DNA of 64,000 nt from Azolla caroliniana (lineage: Eukaryota; Plantae; Polypodiophyta), in contig JBHGNT010000005.1 in NCBI GenBank assembly GCA_043228905.1, forward strand, positions 22,506,001-22,570,000, in the 5' to 3' direction. The translations under genes and the position numbers were made by a program. Under the pieces are notes generated by a model, which worked only from the letters and a program-made list of their open reading frames with translations, made no database searches and had not been told where the DNA came from. Positions 23,901 through 36,800 of the stretch are shown piece after piece. Position 1 is the first letter of the stretch, and each line of letters begins with the position of its first letter.

Positions 23901-25036
23901 GCCGGTTGAAGAAGAGCCTCTATGGGTTGAAGCAGGCCCCCTGGCAATGGTACCGGAAGTTCAACTCCTTCATGACTAATCAAGGGTACCACAAGACGCA
24001 GGCCGATCACTGCGTGTTTGTGAAGAAGTTCGAAGGAGGCGATTTCCTAATACTCATGTACGTGGATGACATGTTGATCGTCGGACGGGACCAAGTCAAA
24101 ATACGAATGCTGAAGAAGGCTCTCAACCGGACCTTCTCAATGAAAGACTTGGGTCCGGCATGACAGATGTTGGGGATGCATATTATCCGGAACCGGTCAG
24201 CGAAGCAATTATGGCTGTCACAAGAGAAGTACGTGACAAAGGTGCTTCACCGGTTCAACATGTCAGATGTGAAACCGGTCGGATCGACACTTCCGACAAA
24301 CTGCAGGCTATCCGGTAAGCAAAGCCCGAAGACAAAAACAGAGAAGGCAGATATGATGAAGATTCCATATGCCTCTGCCGTCGGGAGCTTGATGTACGCA
24401 ATGGTGTGCACCCGACCGGATATAGGATACGCAGTCGGAGTGGTGAGCCGGTTTATGAGCAATCCCGGCAAGGAGCACTGGAACGCGGTCAAATGGATAC
24501 TCCGGTATTTGAAGGGCACTTCAAATATGTGTCTCCGATTCAGCTCCGGAAAACCTCAACTTGACGGTTTCACCGATTCGAACATGTCGGCTGATGTGGA
24601 TACCAACCGGTCTACATCCGGGTATGTAATGACATATGCAGGGGGAGCTGTTTCGTGGTAGTCGAGGCTGCAGAAGACGGTTGCATTGTCAACCACGGAG
24701 GCGGAGTACATGGCGGCTGTGGAAGCCGGCAAGGAAATCTTATGGATGAAGGACTTCATCGGAGAGCTCGGTATCCGGCAAGATGAATACTGACTCTATT
24801 GTGACAGTCAAAGTGCCATCCACCTTGCTAAGAATGCGGCCTACCATTCCCCGACGAAGCATATCCAGCGAAGGTATCACTAGATCTGGCAAAGAGTAGA
24901 TGTCCAGGAGTTCGCGCTGACGAAGATCCACACGGCCGAGAATGGGTCAGATATGCTGACCAAAGTTCTGATACCCGACAAGCTGGATGCATGCCGGAAG
25001 CAGATCAGACTGGCAAGACACCCCATGTCGGAGTGA
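20998..25036 (+). pseudogene. Copia F gag-pol with several stops and frameshifts
   Basis: LLLLGSLPDSWETLV, WVVDSGASFH, LWHKRLCH, TPELNGLAERMNRT, YVDDML, YAMVCTRPDI. Confidence 0.9.
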
Positions 25037-25065
25037 AGGGGGAATTTGTTGGGAGACAGGTCCCT

Positions 25066-25550
25066 CCGGATGGGGAGTACCCGGCTACGGAGAGCCGGAT
25101 GGTGCAGACCCGGTGAGAACCGGATGAGGAGTACCCGGCTACGAAGAGCCGGATGGTGCAAACCCGGTGAGAACCGGATGAGGAGTACCCGGCTACGAAG
25201 AGCCGGATGGCGCAGACCCGGTGAGAACCGGATGAGGAGTACCCGGCTACGGAGAGCCGGATGGCGCAGACCCGGTGAGAACCGGATGAGGAGTACCCGG
25301 CTACGGAGAGCCTGATGACGCAGACCCAGTGAGAACCGAATGAGGAGTACCCGGCTACGGAGAGCCGGATGACGCAGACCCGGTGAGTACCGGATGAGGA
25401 GTACCCGGCTACGGAGAGCCGGATGACGCAGACTCGATGAGAACCGGATGAGGAGTACCCGGCTACGGAGAGCCGGATGACGCAGACCCGGTAAGAACCG
25501 AATGAGGAGTACCCGGCTACGGAGAGCCGGATGGCGCAGACCCGATGAGG
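25066..25550. repeat. 54-bp tandem array (9 copies) in the 3' LTR of Copia F
   Basis: GTACCCGGCT recurs at 25077, 25131 ... 25509. Confidence 0.9.
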
Positions 25551-28500
25551 AATGTCGAAACCGGATGAAGAGACATATTTGTAAATATGTTTCTGAGAGT
25601 CCATCGAGCTATATTTGTAAATAGCCGGACTTAGGGCAAACTTTTATTTATGATTGTTGTCATTTCTTGTTGGTGCAAGAAGAAGAGAGAGCGCGTAACT
25701 GTGTACAGAGAGAGAGAGAGAAAGAAAGAGGTCGTTGCCTCTGTTGTAACCGCCGCCTGTGGCGAAGATTGTGAGCACGAGGTCGTTGCCTCTGTGAACT
25801 CACTGTTGTACATTCTAACATAGTGATAGTTTGAAGCCTGTGGGCTGCCGTGGTTTTTCCCTTAGTTTGGGTTTTCCATGTAAACATCCTCCGTACTCTT
25901 CTCTTCTTCTTCGTGTTTTGCTTGATTTCCCGTTTTTTGTGTATGATTCTAAGCTCGGTTGTGGCCGAGCGTTGCGTATAGGGAGCGTGATGTTCCCTTC
26001 AAAGTTGTGCTATGTTGAGCTTGATTCTCAATAGGAGGGTATACCACTTAGGTCTAGGGTTTGGTAGTGTTCTTCCTCTACATCTTATTCTTGTTCTCTT
26101 AGGGTTTCCACTTTGGTCTTTTCACTCTATTTCGTTTAGGGTTTCATTTGAGTCTTCTTCTTCATTGTCTGATGGGTTTGGTTCACTCTTTTGAGTGGAA
26201 GTTAGAATTCCGTTTAGGTTCTTCTTCTTGAGAGAGTTCGTGCGAGTTAGGGTTTATGTACTTGGGGTCTTCGGGTGTTACTCTCTCTTCTTTGTGTGAG
26301 AGTTTGGTTTGGTTTGGGGGTTCCTACAACGGCGGCTTTAGGCACTCCAGTGGCGGCACTTGGTGATTCGGCTTCCTCTCCTCAATGGAGAGCGTTTCGT
26401 GTGGCGGCCAGTTCGAGATGGGAGGACGAAGTGGCACGGGAACACTCCATCGTCTTCGGGGCGTGACCAACAGTGGACGTCGCGCGGTCCCGGCAGCTCA
26501 CTTGACTCGCCTTCGCCGGTTCCCATTCTTCTCTTGATGTATTAGCCGATTGTTTTGTAATAGCCACCGGATTCAGGGCATGTAACCGTCTTGTTGTAAA
26601 GCTATTGTAATATATATTCATGTTGGTGTATATGTATCTTCCATTGTAACATATTTGAGTCGGGTCCAAATTCGCGGTGAACCGTCCTTTTGTGAAACCC
26701 TACATTCGTTGGAGTTGAAAGCCGATTCTAGACCGAAGCCTACAAAGCTTAAGGACTCCACCATCCGTCTCCCTAGTCCAAGACCCCCTCGGTTCCGCCT
26801 AAGATCCTACACATACCCGCAGAAAACCGTGACACCAGTTCTCCTTATTGGGTCCTCCTTACTGATTCCTCCTTGTCCCATCCGGAGGAACCAAAAGGAA
26901 ATTTTCACGTAGTGTGCGAATTACACTACGACACTCGCCCCCTCCAAACCCACACATCCTCCCGTATGTGCCGAAGTTCCCGATGCTCATTATTCTCCTT
27001 CATCCGTAGCACTCTCCGATTCTCCCCTTATGTCGACTACGAGTTGAAGTCCACTTTCTTTGCTTTCTGCATCACCGCGATCTTTGTCCGGTTGCTCCTC
27101 ATTGTTGGTCTTGTTTAGGGTTACATAGGGTTCGTCATCAATCCGCTTCTTGAAGATCTTTAGCCGTTTCCCTGCTATAGGCACTCGTAGTATCGTTCCA
27201 TCCAACTCGCATAGTCGGCAAGTTCCGTTGTTGAAAACTTTCCGAACCTCATATGGCCCGAACCACCTTTTCACGAACTTCCGTATCGTTGTATGTTGAT
27301 GATCCAAACTACTGTCATAGACAATCACCCAATCTCCTTCTTCAATCTTCCGTGGTCGTAGTCGGTGCTTTATGTCGAACCGGCTTTTGTTCCGGAATCA
27401 CGCTTCTTGTTGTCGGCGTGTTGCTTCCGCTATGTCTTCCGGTCTTCCCTCTAGTTGTCGTATCCGGACCGCTAGTAGTTCTTCCCGGCTCATCTCTTCC
27501 TTCCACGTTAGCATTGTCCATGTCGCGATCACGGTTTCCGTCGGCATTATTGGTGCTTGTCTGGTCATAAGTTCTGTCAACATATAACCAATTACGGGGC
27601 TATGCATTGTCCGATCCACCCATAGTGCATACAGGACCATCTGCGGCCAATCCTTCACCCTTCCGTCACATGCTTTTGCAAGTGCTTTGACAATTGGACT
27701 ATGTCCTCGTTCGATCCTCCCGTTGGCTTCCGGATTGTATGTCGTTGTTAGTGTTAACTGAACTCCATGTTTGGTGAAGAATTCCTTAGCTTTATCAGAG
27801 TCGAATTCTCCCCGATCCGCAATCACTTGTCCTGCGCACCCGTACTTGCAAAACACTTCTTCCAAAAGAAATTGGCATACTGCAGAACACGTTTTCCTTC
27901 GTAGCGCTCGACCTTCTACTTGGTTTGTGAGATCTTCCCGAGCTAACACCAAGTACTTATTTTGCCCGATCCCGGTTGGCATGGCTACAATGTCGACCAT
28001 CCATTTGAAGTTGATTGTCAGTGAGAATGTCGTATGTAACTCATCTCGGTGTCAAACCCTGGAGTAGACTTGGCATTTCTCGCAGCTTTCCGTGAACTCC
28101 GCGCTTCTTTGTACATATTCTTCCACCAATATCTTTGCTTGATCTTCACAAATGTTGCCCATGTTCCCTGATGTCCAGCCCAATCGGATTCGTGAAATTT
28201 AGACATTATCTGGTTTCGTTGCTCTTTTGTCCCGACTACTCGAAGTGGTATGCCATCCGGTCTTTTCGGCTCCCTCCATATTAATCCATTTTTCAAGAAG
28301 AACTTTCGGACTTGCCGCTTCTTACTTCGGATCTTGGCTCTCTTCTCTTTATTGTCCAATGATTCCTTGATTTCTTGTAGCACTTTCCCGATCAGCAAGC
28401 TTTCTCCCTCGTATTCTTCTTCCCAGAATTCTCGGATTACATTCACCCGGCATATGTGCTCCGAAGCAAAGTAGTCTTCGGAAACTTCTTCATTATCGGA

Positions 28501-28596
28501 TTCGGTTATGTCGTCTCCGAACTGCACCCTTGATAGCATATCTACTACCGCATTGTCTTTTCCGGAGATGTTTCGTACCTCCGGATTAAGTGACGT

Positions 28597-29491
28597 TGTC
28601 GTGCCTTTCGGCTCCGGATCGTTGCGTGAGTCGGGTGGGAACCGCTGAGGTTTTGGACTAGGAGAAAGAAGAATATGAGATAAGGCTCCTTATGAATCGA
28701 TTGCAAGAAAGAGAAATATTTGAAAGAAGTTATGAACCTCGTGAATCCCACGAGTATAGTGTATTAATATATACTTAGAATGTAAGAGAGAAATAGATGG
28801 AAAAAAATCGTGAATCCCACAAATATATTAGATTGATCAAAATCCTTGTAAAATAATCAACAACCTCTATACATCTTTCTCCCTTCCTTATATAGTGTTG
28901 GAAGAGTCTAAGTTTATCACATGCAAGCATCATGCTTTTTCTATCTTTAGTTTTCATGCACACTGCATATGCATGAGTAGCTTTCTATCTCATCTTTTCT
29001 TTTAACTCAAGTGTCTATGCATGAATAACTTTTGTACCATGCATGTCTAGAAATTTTACATGGGATAAAGTTTAGCATAACTTTAAAATTCATAACACCC
29101 TACTATAATGATAAGGCTTAACATTATTAACATGGAGGTGCAAGGTTCGAATCTTGCCCTATGCATGTAATGTATATATATATATTTTATACTTTCTTCT
29201 TATTTACAAATATGTCTCTTCCTCCGGTGAGAGACTCTCACCGGCCTTCTTCATCCGGCTCTTTCTGGTTCTGCTTCATCCGGTGCTTGATAGTTTTCTT
29301 TGTCCGGTTCTTACCGGGACCTCCTTACCGATCTCTTCGTCCGTTTCACCGACTCTCACCGGCCTTCTTCATCCGGCTCTTGTCGGGTCTCCTTACCGGT
29401 TCCTTTTTCCGGTTCTCATCGGGTACTCCATGTCCTATCCGGAGAGACCAAAATGTAATTTTTCACGTAGTGTGCGAATTACACTACGACA
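28597..29491 (-). mobile_element. Solo LTR of the C subfamily inserted in the RNase H of C
   Basis: Same termini as 45062-45932; TSD ACGT; removal restores WIAYVTSLNPE. Confidence 0.9.
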
Positions 29492-32400
29492 ACGTAACAT
29501 ATGCAATCCACCTTAGCATAGCCACATTCAGTATAGTACAACACCACATCATCCCGAGTATCGGAAGACAATCCGTTTCGATCACTACTTTGGCTCCGAT
29601 CAAATAATCTCGATCCGACTTGATTGCCGACACAACTTCCCATAATTCTCTTTTGACTTGTGCATACCCGTGTTGCCTTTCGTTGAGAACCTTTGCTCCG
29701 AATCAGATCGGATATCACGAACCATCCGAGTCGGCTTGATTGATGACCCATCCGATTCCGGTTGGATTTGCGTCAACTATTACTATGATCGGTCGGTCAT
29801 AGCTCGGCTTCTTAAGTGATTCCGCCGTTTGTAGTGTTTTCTTAAGCTTCTTCATGGCTTTGGTATGTTCCATTCTCCATTCAAACTTCTTACCCTTCCG
29901 CAACAAGTGATAGAGTGGGTCCGCAATATGTGCATAGTGCGGAATCCATATGTGATAGAATGCACATGCTCCAAGAAACCTTCGGATTTCAGATTGTGAC
30001 TTGCATACTTCTTTCATAGCTTGAATCGCATCGATCTTGGTTGGTGACGGTCTTCGCCCATAGGGTCCACCGGTTGCAAGTCTTGAATAAGCTGGAGTGA
30101 CCCATTCTTCTTCGGAACCGTAAACCATCAATTTGAGTACGGAGCGTTTGATGGCTCTAGAATTCCCATTGCCACCTTCTCCTTGAGCAAGTCGATGACT
30201 TTCGGAATATGCACCCGTGGCACCGGAATCGGTTTCAAGTTCCACAACACATGATCAATCGTGAAGATCACCATTGGCTCCACTATCTTCGGATCAACGC
30301 ACCCTATCTCCTTCAATGTGAATGCAAATGCTTTTCCATGTTGTTCCAACATCTCATGAAACCGTTCTTCTTCTTTTTGTAAGAAGAAACCACCTCCACC
30401 GATCCGAAGTTTTTCCCAGGTCTCATCCGTGGAGGCATGTCCGATATCCACGGACTTTCGAAGTGTCGAATCTCCCAAGACTTCTTTCCTCTTTTGTTCG
30501 CTATCGGCAAGTAGCGGTCCCGCGGAGGGTTTCACTTTCTTCTCCACGGTCTTGTATTTCGTACTTACCATTGCTTCTTCTTTGCGGAGCGCATCCGGCC
30601 CCATTTTCTCAATGATCTCATACATCTCGACCGATTCCACCAGAACTACCCGGTCTCCCTGGCTATTTTCTTTCGCAAGCTCTTCAAGCCGTTGTAGTGT
30701 GCTCCCATAGAACCCTTCTTCAACTATTCCCACGATTTCTTCGTCTTCTTTCATTATTGATGCCGACCATAACTTATCCTCTACTTTTCGGTATTCTTTC
30801 TTCATTTCTCCGGTTACGTCCGTGTACGTGGATGTCCCATCTGGACCGATTCGTACTTGTTTTGCTCCGAGAGTTTTCTTCCTATGTGGGGTATCAAGGC
30901 TTCTTGGACTATCACTTCCCCACTCCACAACAGTCCGCTCTAAAAATCCATCTTTGTTTGGGACAAGAGCCCCCTCTTGTTCCTTTCATGATTCGCGGGC
31001 ACAGTTAGGAATTGGATGGATTTCCCTCCGCTTTGACACTGAATTCGTGCGAAAGCCGCATCGCTATCGAGCACCTTCGTCTCCATCCGTGATGCCGTGA
31101 TAAAGGGTTGCCCGAGGATCACGGAGTGTGAGACCTCATCTTGCACAAAGAAATTTTGATCTATCTCCACATCTCCTATCTTCACCGTCACATCCGGACA
31201 AGCCGCAAATAGGTCTTCTGTTGCTTTAGTGGCTGCCCGGATCTTCCATCCATGATTAGTATTAATAGGCCACTTCCCCTTCTAGTAGAACTCCTTGGAC
31301 ATCAAGTTGATATCCGATCCATGATCAATCAATGCTAGCACGGGCTCTTTGATGTTGCCGATTCAGACCGGAGTCTCCGTAGTTGCACGTGCCCAATGTG
31401 GTCTTGTGTAGTGGGAGTTCGGAATTTCGTCCTCCAATTCAGTGTCATTCATTAAAACAGTATTTGCATTCACCCTTGGAGCATTTTCCTCCGTACTTTG
31501 TCTTTTCCTCTTCACGAGATCCACAAGAAGATAGTGGAACTCCTTCTTCGCTATTCCGAGTAATTCCCAAAGCGAAAATTCTACCCGGCTATCGAGGATT
31601 CTCTCCTTGAACACCTTTTTGAAGTTCGTTTATCGTTTGATGTCTGAGGCGAGCTTGAATGCCGGAATCGTCTTTTCTTTTCCCTTCCCTCCGAAGTTCC
31701 AGCTTTCCGGTGTCTTCGATGGTCCAGCCGCATCATCCATGCGCCGTCATTTCTCATCTATATACACTTGATGCAACTGACATAAGGCGTACACCCTATT
31801 CTTATCAATGGGCCACTCCCATCCCGTAGCTTCACGGATGCCTTCCACGGTGCTTCAGATCTCATTGGAGTCGGTTTTCTCAGGGTTTTCTAGCACATCC
31901 GGCCAAAAAATCGCCTTTGCTCCCGATGACTCACCCACACTTATTCCCGCGATTGTCACATAATTACCTTTCGCCGCTATTTCGTCCTCTAGGACCTTCT
32001 TCATGCCGCCTTTCCGGAAGTTCGGTCGGAGTGGCTTCCGAGAGTCCATCGAATGAATCTGATTTCCCTCGTAGTAGATAACACCTCATCGTAACGCCTC
32101 CTTGTGCTCGTCGCAATCCCTCCAATCATGTTCGGTGCTATCACACCATATACACCGACAGTCCATATACTTGGAACTTGTGGGACGGTCATCCGACTTC
32201 TTCACCATCGCAATTTTTAGATTCTCCATCTCTTTCAGCAACTGGTTCACCGTGGTTGCATCGATTCCCTTCTCGGTCGTAATCTCCCAAGCCCGCGGTT
32301 GATGGTCTTCAAGTCCGGATCTTGGTTTCGGAATTGGTTCCGAAACCCTCTTTTCTTTGTTAGCAAGCCATTGCCCCCTCTTCGTGTATCGCGCGACGAT

Positions 32401-32768
32401 ATCCGACACGCTTTCGGGTGAAAGCATGCGAGTGGAAACAATTAGCTATGTCCTTGACATAGCTAATTAGCTATGCAAAAAGCTACCATTGATAAATAGT
32501 CATTTTAGTAAAAAGCCATCATTAATAAATTAAGTATGCAAAAAACTACCATTGAAAATACTAGAGTGTTTTAATTACATATGTAAATGAGTGCCATAAA
32601 TGTGCAACATAAATTGATGTGTGCACCATAAATGTGTACCATAAATTATATATCGAATTCCTAGGTCCATTATGCATGATCCTTTGCCACATCACGTAGG
32701 CCATCTCTAGTTGAGTACTGTGGGTTAGTTGCTACCATTGTTGCTAAACCCTATCGAGTCCACCTGCC

Positions 32769-33620
32769 GCCACTCTACACTGAGGGGCCGCTACTGTGCG
32801 TTCCAAGCATCATCAAAGAGCTGCTCAATCTGACGGGGTTCTCTTCTCTGTGACACTCTACACTCAGGGGCCACTACTGTGCATTCCAAGCATCATCAAA
32901 GAGCTGTTCAATCTGACGGGGTTCTCTTCTCTGTGCCACTCTACACTCAGGGGCCATTACTGTGCGTTCCAAGCATCATCAAAGAGCTGTTCAATCTGAG
33001 GGGGTTCTCTTCTCTGTGCCACTCTACACTCAGGGGCCATTACTGTGCGTTCCAAGCATCATCAAAGAGCTGTTCAATCTGAGGGGGTTCTCTTCTCTGT
33101 GCCACTCTACACTCAGGGGCCGCTGCTGTGCGTTCCAAGCATCATCAAAGAGCTGTTCAATCTGACGGGGTTCTCTTCTCTTTGCCACTCTACACTCAGG
33201 GGTTGCTACTGTGCGTTCCAAGCATAATCAAAGAGCTATTCAAGCTGACGGGGTTCTCTTCTCTTTTCCACTCTCACTCAAGGGCCGCTACTGTGCGTTT
33301 CAAGCATCATTGGTAACTGTTCAATCTGACGGGGTTCTCTTCTCTTTTCCACTCTCACTCAGGGGCCGCTACTGTGCGTTTCAAGCATCATTGGTAACTG
33401 TTCAATCTGACGGGGTTCTCTTCTCTATGCCACTCTATTCTCAAGTGCCTTCTATGTGCGTTTCAAGCATCATCGGTAACTGTTCAATCTGACGAGGTTC
33501 TCTCCTCCATTGCCATCATTCTATACTCAGTTGCCACTACTGTCCAGTCCCGGATTGCTTCCACATTTCGATTTGACGGAGTTCACTCATCCAACGGCAA
33601 CATTCTACACTCAGTTGTTG
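32769..33620. repeat. 83-bp (later ~81-bp) tandem array, about 9 good copies plus degenerate ones, upstream of the transposase
   Basis: CCACTCTACACTCAGGGGCC..CAAGCATCATCAAAGAGCTGTTCAATCTGA at period 83. Confidence 0.9.
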
Positions 33621-33838
33621 CCATTGGTCGGTCTTGGATCGCCTCCTCAACTGTTGGATCCAACAGAGTGAAATCCTCTACTGTTCGGTCTTGGATTGCA
33701 ATAACTTTTCTGTCTATTGATTATCTTGTGTATTGTTGTGTCTAATCTTGTGTATTGTGTGGAATATTTTTGTGTATTGTTGTTGCCCATAGCCATCTTT
33801 AATACTTGTTTTTTTTTCTGGAAATTTAGGGTTTTAAC

Positions 33839-36800
33839 ATGTCTAGCCAAATGGAAGGGGAAGAAGGGTGTTTAGAATTACCCCTCAATGATCATAAGGA
33901 TAGGGATGATGTTATCAGGACACAACAAGCCATACGAAACTATTGGGCAGAAAAAAAAAGGAAACATCGTCAATTGTTGAAGGATACGAAAGCCACACTC
34001 AGTAAAGGTAAGGATAGTTTAGCTGAGAATGTAAGTAATGCGACTACCATCATAGAGAGAAAGGTTGTAGACTATTTCAATGTTCAAACCAAGCACATCA
34101 GCAATGAAGAAAAGAAGGTAGTACTTTATGGAATATGTAATGATCCATCGATAAAGGACTTAGTTGATTGTGATGGTCTTAATGCAAACATATCATCTAT
34201 TTTAGTAAATAATCTTCGTAATAGTTTCGTATCCATGAGCAGGTCAGAAGATGATCTTGTCTTAAAAAGGTCTAGTCTAATGATGTTACTTAATAGTGAT
34301 GTTGACGATATAAACATCAGTGAGCTATCTAAGGTAATTGGTGTTAGTAGAAAAACAGTGTACAATACAATGAACCGTATAATTTCCTCGGGTGAAGGAA
34401 CTAGTCTACTAAAGCTAACTACAAGATGTAAGCCAATGACACCCATAACATTTGAAATCAAGGATGTAATCACAATGTTTTGGACTAATGAGAGTAGGGT
34501 TTCACCCAATAAAAAGGATTTATGCAGGAAACGTGTTGGAAGAAATCAATACGAGGAGCATCCCATTCATCTTCTTGATGTACCTCAGGTATTTACATTT
34601 ATCTCAACATTTGTTTTGACTCTACTCGGAAAGTTAATTAGCTCAGTTAGCAGAAAAGCTAATTAGCTTATCAGTTACATTTACCTCAGTTAGCTACTAG
34701 GATCGCTACTACATAGGTAACTAGCTACTCTCAATAGTTACTACCATGATAGCTAATTAGCTATTCTCAATAGCTAATTTAGGTACTACCAGATAATTAG
34801 CTGTACTGCTAGCTAGTTAGCTATCATGGTAGCTAGTTAGCTATTTCGTTATTACCAGCTAATTAGCTACTAGGAAAGCTAATTAGCTACCATGATAGCT
34901 AATTAGCTACTATGATAGCTACTACATAGGTAACTGGCTACTCTCAATAGCTACTACCATGATAGCTAATTAGTTAGGATAGCTAATTAGCCACCATTAT
35001 AACTAATTAGCTACTAGACCAGCTAATTAGCTACCATGATAGCTAATTAGTTACTAGGACAGCTAATTAGCCACCGTGATAGCTAATTAGTTACCATGAT
35101 AGCTAATTAGCTACTATACCAGCTAATTAGCTACCATGATAGCTAATTAGCTACTATACCAGCTAATTAGCTACCATGATAGCTAATTAGTTACTAGGAA
35201 AGCTAATCAGCCACCATTATAGCTAATTAGCTACTAGACCAGCTAATTAGCTACCACGATAGCTAATTAGCTACTAGACCAGCTAATTAGCTACCATGAT
35301 AGCTAATTAGTTACTAGGAAAGCTAATTAGCCACCATGATAGCTAATTAGCTACTAGACAAGCTAATTAGCCACCATGATAGCTAATTAGCTACTAGGAC
35401 AACTAATTAGCTACTAGGACAGCTAATTAGCTACCATGATAGCTAATTAGCTACTACGACAGCTAATTAGCTACCATGATAGCTAATTAGCTACTAGAAT
35501 AGCTAATTAGCTACTAGAATAGCTAATTAGCTACCATGATAGCTAATTAGCTACTACGACAGCTAATTAGCTACCATGATAGCTAATTAGCTACTAGAAT
35601 AGCTAATTAGCTACTAGAATAGCTAATTAGCTACTAGAATAGCTAATTAGCTACCATGATAGCTAATTAGCTACTACGACAGCTAATTAGCTACCATGAT
35701 AGCTAATTAGCTACTAGGACAACCAATTAGCTACTAGGACAGCTAATTAGCTACCATGATAGCTAATTAGCTACTACGACAGCTAATTAGCTACCATGAT
35801 AGCTAATTAGCTACTAGAATAGCTAATTAGCTACCATGATAGCTAATTAGCTACCATGATAGCTAATTAGCTACTACGACAGCTAATTAACTACCATGAT
35901 AGCTAATTAGCTACTAGGACAACTAATTAGCTACCATGATAGCTAATTAGCTACTAGAATAGCTAACTAGCTACTAGAATAGCTAATTAGCTACTAGGAT
36001 AGTTAGCTAGTTACGAGAATAACTAATTCCCCTTTATTACGCAGGTCGATTTATTTATTAGGTTCAAACGAATGCATCCAACTATCAAAGTTCAACTACG
36101 AACATTCGAGTCTCTTAAGCCACACTTTGTGAGACGCTTAAAGGATCGATACACATGTTGTTGCATTTACCATGTACAGATGGGTTTTCTGAAGGACTCT
36201 GTTAATCTACTACGTCACCATAGCGCATCCCTAACTAATACAGTTTGCACATGTGGGTGCCCAATCTGTCGATCAAGCCCGCAAGAGGAGTGTAAATCAT
36301 CTGAGCACGTTATCTCTTCCATGAGTTATTTATTAGATTCAATATTGTGTCCGAGATAATCTGACGCTATCTTCCATATTCATAAATGTGTCATGGGTTT
36401 ATGTCAAGATTGTGGCCCTACTAGATTTAGGTGGTGTCCAAATGAATTGAGTAGTGAAATATTGATCTCTGTGAAGTTATTTGAGTCAGTGAACACCAAT
36501 TTCGAAGGAAAGGTGTGTAAAAGAAAGGATCTAGTTCGGAAGATGCTTAAACCAAGGGATTTGGTGTCTCTGTTTGTAGTATCTCTAGGAAAGTTCATTA
36601 AACACAACTTCATTTATTCATGGCAGGCCCATCAGTTTAAGACTTGCATATCTGATTTCCCAAATGATGTAGTAGTCTCAGTAGTAGATTTCGCAGAGAA
36701 TTATACTTTCAAGCAGCAGAATGAAATTCAATCTATGCATTGGTGTTCAGTTCAGGTAACCATTTTTGTGCACATAACATATTTTCGAGTTTCAGGTGAT

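Larger units (their letters stand above)
20101..26001 (+). mobile_element. Ty1/Copia element F (Tnt1/Tork-like), full length and decayed; LTRs 20101-20968 and 25047-26001
   Basis: TSD AAGTT; PBS TGGTATCAGAGC 20971-20982; PPT GAAGGGGGAA; gag-pol motifs. Confidence 0.93.
2276..26033 (-). mobile_element. Ty1/Copia element A (decayed), host of elements A2, B, F and a 351-bp insert; 3' LTR 2276-2737, 5' LTR 19509-26033 (interrupted)
   Basis: Matching LTRs (TGTAAAGAATCGGG...GATTCTCAAYA); iMet-type PBS TGGTATCA at ~19501-19508; PPT ~2738-2749; gag-PR-INT-RT-RH order; 5-bp TSD GGATG/GGAGG. Confidence 0.9.
1611..26834 (+). mobile_element. 3' part of Gypsy element G (probably non-autonomous): internal tail 1611-2068, PPT, and 3' LTR split into 2069-2275 and 26034-26834 by Copia A
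   Basis: 1611-2068 resembles 50100-50650 of element D; PPT GGTGGGGGTGGA then TGTTG; LTR resumes after the Copia (TSD GGATG/GGAGG) and ends CCGTGACA, homologous to LTR 602-1610. Confidence 0.75.

Noticed and set aside
29095-29165. Functional tRNA gene
   Set aside because: No convincing acceptor or anticodon stems; kept only as a tRNA-like remnant
32769-33620. CRISPR-like regular repeats (also 20120-20495 and 34630-36030)
   Set aside because: Head-to-tail tandem units with no unique spacers and no cas genes; eukaryotic TE context
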